DNA of 32,000 nucleotides from Rhizobium sp. BK251. Lineage in GTDB: Bacteria > Pseudomonadota > Alphaproteobacteria > Rhizobiales > Rhizobiaceae. The first letter of the stretch is position 1; each line of letters begins with the position of its first letter. Position numbers and translations under genes: made by a program. Below the pieces are notes generated by a model, which saw only the letters and a program-made list of their open reading frames with translations, was not told where the DNA came from and ran no database searches. The stretch spans positions 35,107-67,106 of the forward strand of contig NZ_SLUQ01000012.1 of the NCBI RefSeq assembly GCF_004345245.1, written 5' to 3'. Below are positions 8,132 through 16,389 of the stretch, in pieces.

Positions 8132-8394
8132 CCATCTTCCAGGTCGTAAAGAAACGGCTTCACCGCCCCGGTTCTGTCGGGTTCTGCTGCTAAGGCGTTG
8201 ATGATCAATTAGAGCTCGGATTTTGAAGTCACGGTTCGACGCCTAGAGCAACTCCATAGGGCCAAGTTCGAGCTCGAATGACCCTTCCTTATCCAACACG
8301 TTCCTCTGTACCTCTGCAGGCGAACGGGGTTAAACGCACGCGAACAGAGAAGTCAGCAGCGCCGTCGCAGCAAAACAACGGCGCCCGCGCATCG

Positions 8395-8850
8395 TCAGGG
8401 CTGCGCCTTCACCGGCAGCCGGAAGGGAGCGCCGAGCCGGTTGAAGGCGTTCATGGCCGCGATGGTGATTGTGAGATCCACCAAATCTTTAGGCCCGAAA
8501 ACTGCCGAAACAGCAGCATAGGCTTCGTCGGATGCATGCGTCTCGCTGACAAGCGTCACCTCCTCGGCCCAGGCCAGCGCTGCGCAGTACACCTCTGAGA
8601 AAAGGTGCGGGACCTCTTCCCATACAGGAACCAAAGTAACTTTGTCGGCCGCCATGGTCTTCAGCAGATCGCGGGTGTGGAGGTCGATACAATGGGCGCA
8701 GCCGTTGATCTGCGATACGCGCAAGAACACCAGATGGATAAGTTCCTCAGGCAGGTTCGTGTTGTGCGTGACATAGTGATGGATGCCGAACAGGGCCTTG
8801 GCTCCAGCGGGTGCTACCTCGTACCAGTTGAGGCGCGTGGTCTCATTCAT
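8395..8850 (-). CDS. carboxymuconolactone decarboxylase (AhpD-like) family protein
   Basis: SQINGCAHCIDLHTRD CxxC core. I prefer the ATG at 8850 because AAGGAGA lies upstream; the ORF track starts at 8928. It is divergent from the ECF sigma gene. Confidence 0.8.
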   Translation of the reverse strand: MNETTRLNWYEVAPAGAKALFGIHHYVTHNTNLPEELIHLVFLRVSQINGCAHCIDLHTRDLLKTMAADKVTLVPVWEEVPHLFSEVYCAALAWAEEVTLVSETHASDEAYAAVSAVFGPKDLVDLTITIAAMNAFNRLGAPFRLPVKAQP

Positions 8851-9070
8851 GATGGTCTCCTTGAATTGGCGCCAACAGGCGGCGCTGCTCGGTTGACGAC
8901 GCGGCGATAGGAGGCGTGACATCTCCACCTGATTTTATTTTTTGCGGGCGCCATGTCACACTCGCGCGATCTGGCGCGTCCAGACGCGAGGCGGTCGGGT
9001 GCGGGAAAGTGGCATGGGGCAACACGGTGCGAACAAGACAGATAGGACTAACAAAGTCGGTGAGGCGGCG

Positions 9071-9958
9071 ATGGCCAATGAAGCGAGCTCTTGTACGTCG
9101 CTTGGAGATGAAAGAGTCATAGAATTCGCGCGAGAGAGTAAGCGCCTGCTGCGCCTAGGCCGACGGATGCTGGGATCGATCACTGAAGCGGAAGATGTGC
9201 TGCAGGATGCGTGGTTGCGCTGGGAACGCGTTGAAGACGAAGTCCGCACCCCGACCGCCTATCTCACGCGCATCGTCACCCGGTTATGCCTGGATCGGTT
9301 GAAGTCCGCGCGAGCGCGCCGCGAAATATACGTCGGCCCATGGTTGCCGGAGCCATTGGTCGAGCCGCTTGATACGCATGAAACCGTTGCTGACGATGTA
9401 ACTGTGACACTGATGTTGGCGTTGGAGCGACTTTCGCCGCTAGAACGGGCAGCCTTTCTGCTCCACGACGTGTTCGACCTAGCGCTGACCGAGGTTGCCG
9501 TCGTACTTGATCGTGAGCCGGCCGCCGTTCGGCAACTTGCTTCGCGCGCACGCAAGAATGTACAGAACGCACGATCACGGTACAGCGTGGGGCCGGAAGA
9601 GGCTGACGGAATTGCGCGTGCTTTTTTTGCTGCGTCGCGTGATGGCGATGTCACCGCACTTTCGACGTTGCTTGCGCGCGATGTCGAGATCCATAGCGAC
9701 GGCGGCGGCAAGGTGCTGGCATTCCGGGAAGTCATTCGCGGCCAGGAGCGCGCACTGCGACTGTTCGTTTCCGCTCAGCGGAAGGCAGCAACTACGCCGA
9801 CCTTGCTGCGAACCGCGATTATCGACGGCTTACCAGGATTTGTAAGCCTTGATCCCATCGGCGTTTTACAAACGACAGCTCTGGGCATTCGCGACGGAAA
9901 GATCTTCGCGATCTATATCGTCAAAAACCCGGATAAGCTGACGCATGTAAACGTTTAG
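9071..9958 (+). CDS. ECF sigma-70 factor, SigJ-like (C-terminal SnoaL-like extension)
   Basis: Region 2 is DVLQDAWLRWERV...YLTRIVTRLCLDRL. The hallmark YVGPWLPEPL linker is present. Region 4 is LSPLERAAFLLHDVFDLALTEVAVVL. A ~120 aa extra C-terminal domain follows. I prefer ATG 9071 (GAGG upstream). Confidence 0.8.
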   Translation: MANEASSCTSLGDERVIEFARESKRLLRLGRRMLGSITEAEDVLQDAWLRWERVEDEVRTPTAYLTRIVTRLCLDRLKSARARREIYVGPWLPEPLVEPLDTHETVADDVTVTLMLALERLSPLERAAFLLHDVFDLALTEVAVVLDREPAAVRQLASRARKNVQNARSRYSVGPEEADGIARAFFAASRDGDVTALSTLLARDVEIHSDGGGKVLAFREVIRGQERALRLFVSAQRKAATTPTLLRTAIIDGLPGFVSLDPIGVLQTTALGIRDGKIFAIYIVKNPDKLTHVNV

Positions 9959-9987
9959 ACCCGCCGCCGCAGCGCCATCTGCGAATG

Positions 9988-10137
9988 GGCGGCCTCGCGC
10001 GCAATCGCAATCTCTGCTGCGCGGCCAATTCCGGAGTAGCCGCCCGTCACAGGAGTTTTGCGTCCCGCCAATTTTCCCGATGCTTGGCTGCGGATTGGAT
10101 CGTGGCGAGAGAACATCACCAACCGATCCATGTTCAT
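9988..10137 (-). pseudogene. N-terminal remnant of a short-chain dehydrogenase (YghA-like SDR)
   Basis: The 70-aa ORF contains SGKLAGRKTPVTGGYSGIGRAAEIAIAREAA, i.e. the TGGxSGIG Rossmann motif. It then terminates ~10 codons later, abutting the 3' end of the sigma gene. The remaining ~200 aa of an SDR are absent. Confidence 0.45.
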
Positions 10138-10392
10138 GAGCGCGCTGCTAGGGGATGAACCGCCCAAGAACAGGACTCTTGCAGATGCAACGGACAGAAC
10201 GATCGACTAGACAAAGCTTCTCGCTGGAGAGCAGGCTTCTTAACCAAAGGCAATCAGTCAATGACTTCATGCTCTTGAACGGGAGCGAACTTACGGCCCC
10301 ATCCATGAGATGGTCAACTGGCTGAATCCACGACAATTTCTTGGAGAGCCGACAATTACCGCGAGTGGTCGAATATATCCTCTTATTTGCGA

Positions 10393-10887
10393 TCAGAGCT
10401 GTGAGCGCCAGCCGGTCGTGAAATTCAAAGCCGTCAGCATCTCAAAGCTGTCGCACCAGCGCACTTCGAGATCGTTGCAAACATCCGGTATCCTGCGATT
10501 TGCCCGTTTTGTACTCGGTTTGGACGCCTCGACTGTCACGACGATACGGTCGGCGCGATGTGCAAATGCATGGGCAATCAGGAATGGGTCACGGCCAACC
10601 TCGATAATCTCGGCGTCGTTGAGGTCGGGCGCATACTTTTCGATAACGGTCTGAACGAGAGCCGGATCGACATCCTGATCCAGCTTAAGGGCGTCATAAT
10701 TGTCACCCTCATTCAACCATTGCGCCAGTTCCGAACCCTCGGTGATTTCCTCAAGGATTTCGACCGGAATTTTTAGCTCGCCGGTCTCGCCCATATGGAC
10801 AAGCCAGTCCCAGAATTCGGGAACGCGCTGAATCGGGTAGTAAAGATTATGCGCCGTAATAAGGACGTTCGCGTCGAGAAGATACAA
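10393..10887 (-). CDS. DUF4411-like PIN-fold protein (putative nuclease/toxin)
   Basis: The N-terminus MYLLDANVLITAHNLYYPIQRVPEFWDWL matches my recollection of DUF4411 (PIN-like acidic start). TTG start at 10887 with AAGGGGG 4 nt upstream. It starts 9 nt after the stop of the ImmA-like gene. Confidence 0.7.
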   Translation of the reverse strand: MYLLDANVLITAHNLYYPIQRVPEFWDWLVHMGETGELKIPVEILEEITEGSELAQWLNEGDNYDALKLDQDVDPALVQTVIEKYAPDLNDAEIIEVGRDPFLIAHAFAHRADRIVVTVEASKPSTKRANRRIPDVCNDLEVRWCDSFEMLTALNFTTGWRSQL

Positions 10888-10896
10888 ACCGCCCCC

Positions 10897-12090
10897 TTAA
10901 GCCACGCCGTCGGTCAGCGAGAAGACGTTATTCGGCTTCACGCCGAGGATCGCCGCCGCCTTGGAAGGCGACAGGGCTCCGTCTGCAAGCATCCGCTTCG
11001 AAAGACTCAGAAGGCGATTGCCGAGCCTGTGGCGACGAACGAGATAGTAGCTCGGCCCACCTTCGTTTTCACGCGCGCGTGCTCTTTGAGCTGCTTTGTT
11101 GTTGAGCCACTGCTTCCGGAAGACAGCCGTGACGGACGACCACATGGCTTGGTCGATGATCCCTTCGCGGTAGAGCTTGTAGGCGACCATCGAATGGCTG
11201 ACCTGTCGTGGCTCCGCGATTTCGGCAATACGCGCAATCACGACGTCCTGGCGCGCTCTGCGCAACGCAACCTCGCCGGCGATCTCGGCAGAAGGCAGCA
11301 GAATACGACCCGCCACATCATTGCAGAAGGTTTCAATAGTCGATGTCGGCCGGCCGCCGCTCACACCTGTCTGGCCGAGCCAGATATGGGCGAGTTCGTG
11401 CAGCAACGTGAACGACCATGCCTGCTCGCTGTCTTGGTCGTTGATCACAACGAACGGCGCGACTTTGTCGGAAAGCGCGAAACCTCTGAACAGCTCGACA
11501 TTGAGAGCGCTGTGGTGACTTCCCAGATTGCCGATCAACAGCACGAAAATCCCCGCGGCCTCTGCGTGTTCGCGCAGATAGGCAAACCCTTTGGACGTGC
11601 CTCGACCATTACCGGACCGGAAAGACTGGAGGCTGAGACCCAGGCGCTCGCTGATCGCCGTGGCCAAGCCTTCCGCTCCACGGCGAATATCATAAGAGGC
11701 CACGAAATCGAGTCGTTCGGCCTCTTCCTCGCTCTCGAGCAATGAGCGCACCATTTCCTGACGAGCGCGAACTTCGCGCAACAGCGTATCTACCAGCGCC
11801 ACATCGCGCCGCGCATATTCATCGGGAAGGGTCCTGAAATCTTCCCCACGCGCAGCGCGTGCCGGCGGTTCAGCAAGATAGAAGGTGAGCAGCGGGCGCC
11901 GGTATTGTGTCGACATCCTGATCAGCTGCGAACGGGTCGGCTCGAGCTGGCCGTCTTCAAGCATGGCAAGCCGATCGCTGCCCGCAATACCGCGTACATC
12001 GCCAATACCGAGCTTATCGGCAGCATCTTCTACACTGAGCCCCGCGGTCTCGCGCGCCCAACGCAGGATCAATGGGTTGACCTTTGGCAC
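10897..12090 (-). CDS. XRE-type HTH fused to an ImmA/IrrE (COG2856) zinc metallopeptidase
   Basis: N-terminal HTH (LRWARETAGLSVEDAADKLGI...RSQLIRMSTQYRRPLLTFYL). HEXXH motif in FTLLHELAHIWLGQ. GTG start at 12090 with GAGGTG upstream. Confidence 0.8.
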   Translation of the reverse strand: MPKVNPLILRWARETAGLSVEDAADKLGIGDVRGIAGSDRLAMLEDGQLEPTRSQLIRMSTQYRRPLLTFYLAEPPARAARGEDFRTLPDEYARRDVALVDTLLREVRARQEMVRSLLESEEEAERLDFVASYDIRRGAEGLATAISERLGLSLQSFRSGNGRGTSKGFAYLREHAEAAGIFVLLIGNLGSHHSALNVELFRGFALSDKVAPFVVINDQDSEQAWSFTLLHELAHIWLGQTGVSGGRPTSTIETFCNDVAGRILLPSAEIAGEVALRRARQDVVIARIAEIAEPRQVSHSMVAYKLYREGIIDQAMWSSVTAVFRKQWLNNKAAQRARARENEGGPSYYLVRRHRLGNRLLSLSKRMLADGALSPSKAAAILGVKPNNVFSLTDGVA

Positions 12091-12107
12091 CTTTCACCTC
12101 TGCTCAC

Positions 12108-12148
12108 GCAAACCGTTACTTCGTTCAGTTTGATCATGCAATCGTTAC
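12108..12148. promoter_or_regulatory. direct repeat pair GCAAACCGTTAC / GCAATCGTTAC upstream of the ImmA-like operon (candidate operator)
   Basis: Repeat copies lie at 12108-12119 and 12138-12148, 30 bp apart centre to centre. They sit 18-58 nt upstream of GTG 12090 on the minus strand. Confidence 0.3.
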
Positions 12149-12339
12149 GAAAGATATAGGTGCCGGGCTAGACCGCAGCCACCCCTATCCGAATAGCACT
12201 TGGTCTCTGATGTCGCACCGGCGATGGATCGAGCGGAGCGATTCGCGACGACAACGAACAGACACCTTGATCGCAACCTAGTTGGTGAGCGCCCGCTGAA
12301 CGTACAGGCACATTGGCAGTGCGAGATTTCTGTAGCGCG

Positions 12340-13125
12340 CTAGGCGGCAGCTTGCGCTAATTCCCGTGCAAGTCCCACGATTTTCTCGGCGTTCAATTCC
12401 TTAGCGCATGCCCAGGCCGTCGCGGTAAACTCCGCCCTGTCCGCATAAAGCATTTCGATATCGTGGCAGACTTCCTTCAAGTGATCCACCGCATCCGTGT
12501 TGTTCTGGTGCCGTTGTTCCTCGATGATTTTTCGGAGCGCTTTTAGCTTCCGTTCGCACAAACGCCATTTATCACGGCGGCCTGCACACAATTTTTCCCC
12601 ATCGAGCTCAAAGACTTTAATGGTAGCCGCTACACGCTCCGTAGCGTCTCCGTCGGATGGAGTCGCACTTGTAGGTTCGCCGTTCGCGTTGAACGTCAGA
12701 AGATCAGGATCTCCCCACCGAGTCGGATCTAATAGAAGGGGCACCTCCGGCTCGATCGATGGATTGTCAGATGTCGCTTGTACGGAGCCCGCCTTGAGCG
12801 GAAAGCTATCTCGCTTGGCAATGTTCGGCACACCACCGGCCAGTCTCATGTTGCGCCATTCGAATGCTAGCCAAGGATACAGGCTTTTGGGCCTGAAGTG
12901 ATCCACTTGCCAGAACGACGCTTTGTCCTTTGCCTCCGTATACCAACACTTACCGTCGGAAAGCCCTTCAAGCGCAGGTTTGAGCGCAGTCCAAATGGCA
13001 GACCGTCCTGTTATGTATGCCGCGCGCTCGTCTTCCGGTTTTGCTGCGGCGTCCTCTGTGGCTTTCGTTGCTCGCTTGATCCATGCATCTTCCACGGCAG
13101 TCACAGGAAAGCTGATGTACTTCAC
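12340..13125 (-). CDS. HNH-like nuclease-family protein (TIGR02646 / Septu PtuB-like)
   Basis: Core KCWYTEAKDKASFWQVDHFRPKSLYPWLAFEWRNMRLAGGVPNIAKRD, then LLLDPTRWGDPDLLTFNANGE. This matches the remembered TIGR02646 layout (..DHfrPKs..W.N..., llnP...dP). GTG start overlaps the ATPase stop (GTGA, 13122-13125). Confidence 0.65.
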   Translation of the reverse strand: MKYISFPVTAVEDAWIKRATKATEDAAAKPEDERAAYITGRSAIWTALKPALEGLSDGKCWYTEAKDKASFWQVDHFRPKSLYPWLAFEWRNMRLAGGVPNIAKRDSFPLKAGSVQATSDNPSIEPEVPLLLDPTRWGDPDLLTFNANGEPTSATPSDGDATERVAATIKVFELDGEKLCAGRRDKWRLCERKLKALRKIIEEQRHQNNTDAVDHLKEVCHDIEMLYADRAEFTATAWACAKELNAEKIVGLARELAQAAA

Positions 13126-14690
13126 TTAAGACCCTCGACGATCTTCTGCATGAATTCATTCTGAGCATCAATTTCTTCTGGTGAAAAAGCGCGGTCGCGG
13201 CTTAGATTTTCCTTGTGAAGGGCGCGCAGATAACCGTCGTAATCCGGGTCGTTACTTTGATATGACAGCCCGAATTCATCTAACTCACGGTTCAATTTAA
13301 CTAGTTCTCGCTCTTGTTCCGGATCCCTAGTTTCCAAAGACAGCAACGTGTTCCGCTTCTCGACGGTCTGCTGTGTCGCGGGGTCGAGCGTGGTCGCCAT
13401 TCCGAAGATCTGGCGGAGGACTCCCGAAACACCAAGGCCTTTCGGATCCACAACTGGTTGGCTCGCCTTCACCTGCCCTTCGCTGTTCCGATAAAGGACT
13501 TGAACCTGGGTCTTTTCTAATCCGGCAATCGTGAGAGGGTCATGGCTGGTTAAGACAACGTGGCAATTCTCGTTGCGCCCGGCAACTTGTTTGATGAATG
13601 TGAGGTAGTTCCATTTCCATGCCGGGTTCAGGTGGGTGTCGGGCTCATCTAACAGAAACAAGGATTCATTATGCGCCGCAAAGCGCATCATCCCAAGAAC
13701 GCTCAATAGCTGCTTTTCTCCGTCGCTAATCTCATGAAACGGAATGGGACCATCAGCACCTTCGCGTTCGACCCAGATTCGTATCTCTCGAATCAAATCC
13801 GAGAGATCCAGCGTCTCTAAATAGGCGAAGAACGCTTGCTCATTGCCGAACGGTTCCGCAAGCCTTCTGAGGGTGGGTTCGTCTCGTAGGAAGATGAATA
13901 TCTGTTCTTCGTTTATGCCCTTCCGTCGGTAATCTTCTCGCACGCTCGACTTAGTTCGAATTGGAACCAGCGCGTGTTCCCATAAGCCGCTCAACAGCTT
14001 CCGGACAATTCCACGGGCATACCAGAATCTTGGATCAGACTTTTTAAGAATCTCGCTGGAGGGTTTTCGTTTGCCCCAATCCGTTTGCCTGAGCGTAAGC
14101 AAGGCCGAGTCAAATTTTCCTACACCAAGGTTTTTTTTCAAAAATTGCTGGGCACCCGTATCAGGAAACGCGAAATACGTGAGGAGCGCTAAAGCTCCAT
14201 AGCGCTCTCGGACGTAGAACAGTCTGCGTAGCTCAGATGTTCTGGGGTCGAGTTCTTCGTCCGCTCCAGGTTCGATGGCGGCATCATAATAGCGCTTCTG
14301 GGGCGGGTCGAAAATCTTACGGAAGCGATCTGATTCACCCGAATAATACCCAAAAACATGATTGGGCAGGAGACCAGCATCGCGCCTTTTAACCATGGCG
14401 AGAGTGCTTGGCTGGCCATCCACTGATACCGAAACGGTATCTGGGGCACTATAGCGGTAATCAATCGAAACTGTCCGACTTTTGCACTGATATTCAATCG
14501 CGTAAGGGAATTCTGTTTCTCTACGTGGATCGTCTAGGTCGCGGAATATTGTAGCGAGAGCCTCCAGAACGTTGGACTTTCCAGTGCCATTCTGTCCAAT
14601 GATGACCGTCTCCAAGCGTGACGTGTCAAAATCAATCGAGATGTCAGCTAGATTCTTAAAGCCTCGAACGGATAGACGATCAATGCGCAA
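13122..14690 (-). CDS. ABC/SMC-type AAA ATPase (Septu PtuA-like; 'restriction-system-associated ATPase' type)
   Basis: Walker A GQNGTGKSN, signature-like ISDGEKQLLSVL, Walker B LFLLDEPDTHL, H-loop LTSHDP. I prefer the TTG at 14690 (MRIDRLSVRGFKNL...) with AAGGAG 7 nt upstream. It overlaps the hsdS stop by 11 nt. The ORF-track start at 14846 would lie deep inside hsdS. Confidence 0.8.
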   Translation of the reverse strand: MRIDRLSVRGFKNLADISIDFDTSRLETVIIGQNGTGKSNVLEALATIFRDLDDPRRETEFPYAIEYQCKSRTVSIDYRYSAPDTVSVSVDGQPSTLAMVKRRDAGLLPNHVFGYYSGESDRFRKIFDPPQKRYYDAAIEPGADEELDPRTSELRRLFYVRERYGALALLTYFAFPDTGAQQFLKKNLGVGKFDSALLTLRQTDWGKRKPSSEILKKSDPRFWYARGIVRKLLSGLWEHALVPIRTKSSVREDYRRKGINEEQIFIFLRDEPTLRRLAEPFGNEQAFFAYLETLDLSDLIREIRIWVEREGADGPIPFHEISDGEKQLLSVLGMMRFAAHNESLFLLDEPDTHLNPAWKWNYLTFIKQVAGRNENCHVVLTSHDPLTIAGLEKTQVQVLYRNSEGQVKASQPVVDPKGLGVSGVLRQIFGMATTLDPATQQTVEKRNTLLSLETRDPEQERELVKLNRELDEFGLSYQSNDPDYDGYLRALHKENLSRDRAFSPEEIDAQNEFMQKIVEGLK

Positions 14691-16389
14691 CGAGGTGCTC
14701 CTTGTCCCCCGATTCACGGACGCGCCCAGCGGCGATCTCGTCGCGCAATAATCGATAGAACTCTTCAATAGGAAGCCCGCTTTGTTGCCACAGAGCGTCC
14801 GCGCGCATCTTTCCGCCCGACGAGACAATGGCTGCAACGAGGCCAAGCCCCGATACGATATTCTGCGTACTCCCCATGTTATCCAAGCTTCTAACGTTGC
14901 TTTGGTCGCGGACTTTAGGCATTGATTTCAGCGCCTTTGCTTGCATACTTCTATCATCGGCGATTTGAGCAAGAAGCTCCGAAGCGCTCCCTTTCGAGGA
15001 CGTTGTTCGAAATCCTCCTGCCATAGCGTGAGCGACAGCCCTAGAAACCAAATCGTCTGCTACGCGCGCTGCGCGATCGGCTTCAGTGGCCAGTACATCT
15101 GCGTGATGTAACAGCCGCCGGATTCGAGCTACTATCTCATGCTGCTCTTCGATTGGGGGGAGAGCAATATGGAACGCTCTTAGCTCTGGAAAATAGATAG
15201 TTGTGTGCGTGGTCCCCCGCCCAAATCGCAGCAAAGCTTTCCCCTCAGCCATAAGCGCGTACATTAGAAATTCAGGAAGAAGCGCGGGCGAACAAGTCCA
15301 TGTCGCAAAATCCTGACTTGTAGCCATAGGCTGCCCGAGGATCGTTACATAACCGACGGATGCTGTCCGAGAAAGACAGACAGTTTGCGCTGGTAAGATC
15401 CGAGCGGAGGACGCCTCCAATCCCGCCGCTGTAATCGTTTGAGCAGTCCGATCTATCACTGCTCCATGGTGTTTCCGCGCATCTCTAATGCCGAGCCAAT
15501 TGATCCCACCGCCCCAGTATTCACTGTGTTGCCGGCTGGGCGTGTGCCCTGTTTCCTGCCGCGCGAGCCTCAATAGCGAAATCCACGCCCATCCTCTCGG
15601 AAGCTCCGAGCCAGGATTATTTACCGCGATTGCGGCTACTCCAGCGATCGTTTTATCAGTGGCCTTGCGCCCACCTCGAGATGGTTCCGGCTCTGCGACT
15701 CGACGCACCAGTTCCTGAGCTGACTCGATTGAACGGCTATTAGCTCGCCAGCGTGACGAGAGCTCCCCGGTTACGCCGGCTCGCAACGCGCTCATCCTAA
15801 GCGCTTGCGACGCTTTGTACGCGCTGATCGCCTCCGCCTTCGCCGAGCGCGCCCGGCCGACCAGTGCATCTAAGCGTATAGCCAACTCTCTTTGCTCATG
15901 CTCTGGCGGCAACGGTAATTGCGCGCTACGCAACGCTGACAGGGTGATGCGAATACGTCCCACACCCTTACCATTGTCGCTGAAATAGCGTCGCAATGCA
16001 GGGCTATTGAGCCAATGCATGATCAAACTGGCGCTTACGCGATCGTGCAATCGTGACCGAAAGCAGTCAGCCTTCACTATAGCTGGACCAATTCCGTCAG
16101 GTACCTGACATGTTCTTCCCAGCGGATCGCCAAGTGCCGCCGTAATCAGATCTCCGGCACGCGCTTCATGACGTCTCAGCGACTCAAATCGCCGCAAGTC
16201 GATAAAGGCTTTATTGTCATCGACAAAAGCTCCCGCACCGATGTTGTTCAATCGAATAACCCGGCATCCGCTCTCCGTGTAGTCTGAAGATTTTAGGGCG
16301 CTACCGAATGGGCCGTCCGCTATCGAATTCGGATCTGGCGCAAGCAGATCCTGGAACTTGCAGGTCGTCCAGTTCTTGGGCAAGTTCAT
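14680..16389 (-). CDS. hsdS: type I restriction-modification specificity subunit HsdS with a ~110 aa C-terminal extension
   Basis: Two target-recognition halves are each followed by conserved helices (LPLPPEHEQRELAIRLDAL... and IALPPIEEQHEIVARIRRLL...). ATGA overlap with hsdM. At 569 aa it is longer than typical HsdS. Confidence 0.85.
   Translation of the reverse strand: MNLPKNWTTCKFQDLLAPDPNSIADGPFGSALKSSDYTESGCRVIRLNNIGAGAFVDDNKAFIDLRRFESLRRHEARAGDLITAALGDPLGRTCQVPDGIGPAIVKADCFRSRLHDRVSASLIMHWLNSPALRRYFSDNGKGVGRIRITLSALRSAQLPLPPEHEQRELAIRLDALVGRARSAKAEAISAYKASQALRMSALRAGVTGELSSRWRANSRSIESAQELVRRVAEPEPSRGGRKATDKTIAGVAAIAVNNPGSELPRGWAWISLLRLARQETGHTPSRQHSEYWGGGINWLGIRDARKHHGAVIDRTAQTITAAGLEASSARILPAQTVCLSRTASVGYVTILGQPMATSQDFATWTCSPALLPEFLMYALMAEGKALLRFGRGTTHTTIYFPELRAFHIALPPIEEQHEIVARIRRLLHHADVLATEADRAARVADDLVSRAVAHAMAGGFRTTSSKGSASELLAQIADDRSMQAKALKSMPKVRDQSNVRSLDNMGSTQNIVSGLGLVAAIVSSGGKMRADALWQQSGLPIEEFYRLLRDEIAAGRVRESGDKEHLVAH

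Noticed and set aside
8171-8184. GTTCTGtcggGTTCTG resembling the alphaproteobacterial LexA box
   Set aside because: The GTTC repeats are separated by 6 nt, not the 7 nt of GTTC-N7-GTTC, and the downstream gene appears to be a pseudogene.
8198-8208. TTGAT-g-ATCAA resembling an FNR/FixK box
   Set aside because: The half-sites are right, but the spacer is 1 nt instead of the 4 nt of TTGAT-N4-ATCAA.
10795-11745. 316-aa + strand ORF
   Set aside because: It is entirely antisense to the HTH/HEXXH gene, is Arg-rich and low-complexity, and has no motifs. It is a typical shadow ORF.
14691-14846. N-terminal extension of the ATPase ORF into hsdS
   Set aside because: The extension would overlap 167 nt of hsdS. 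The TTG at 14690 has a well-spaced AAGGAG and yields the canonical MRIDRLSVRGFKNL… start just before Walker A.
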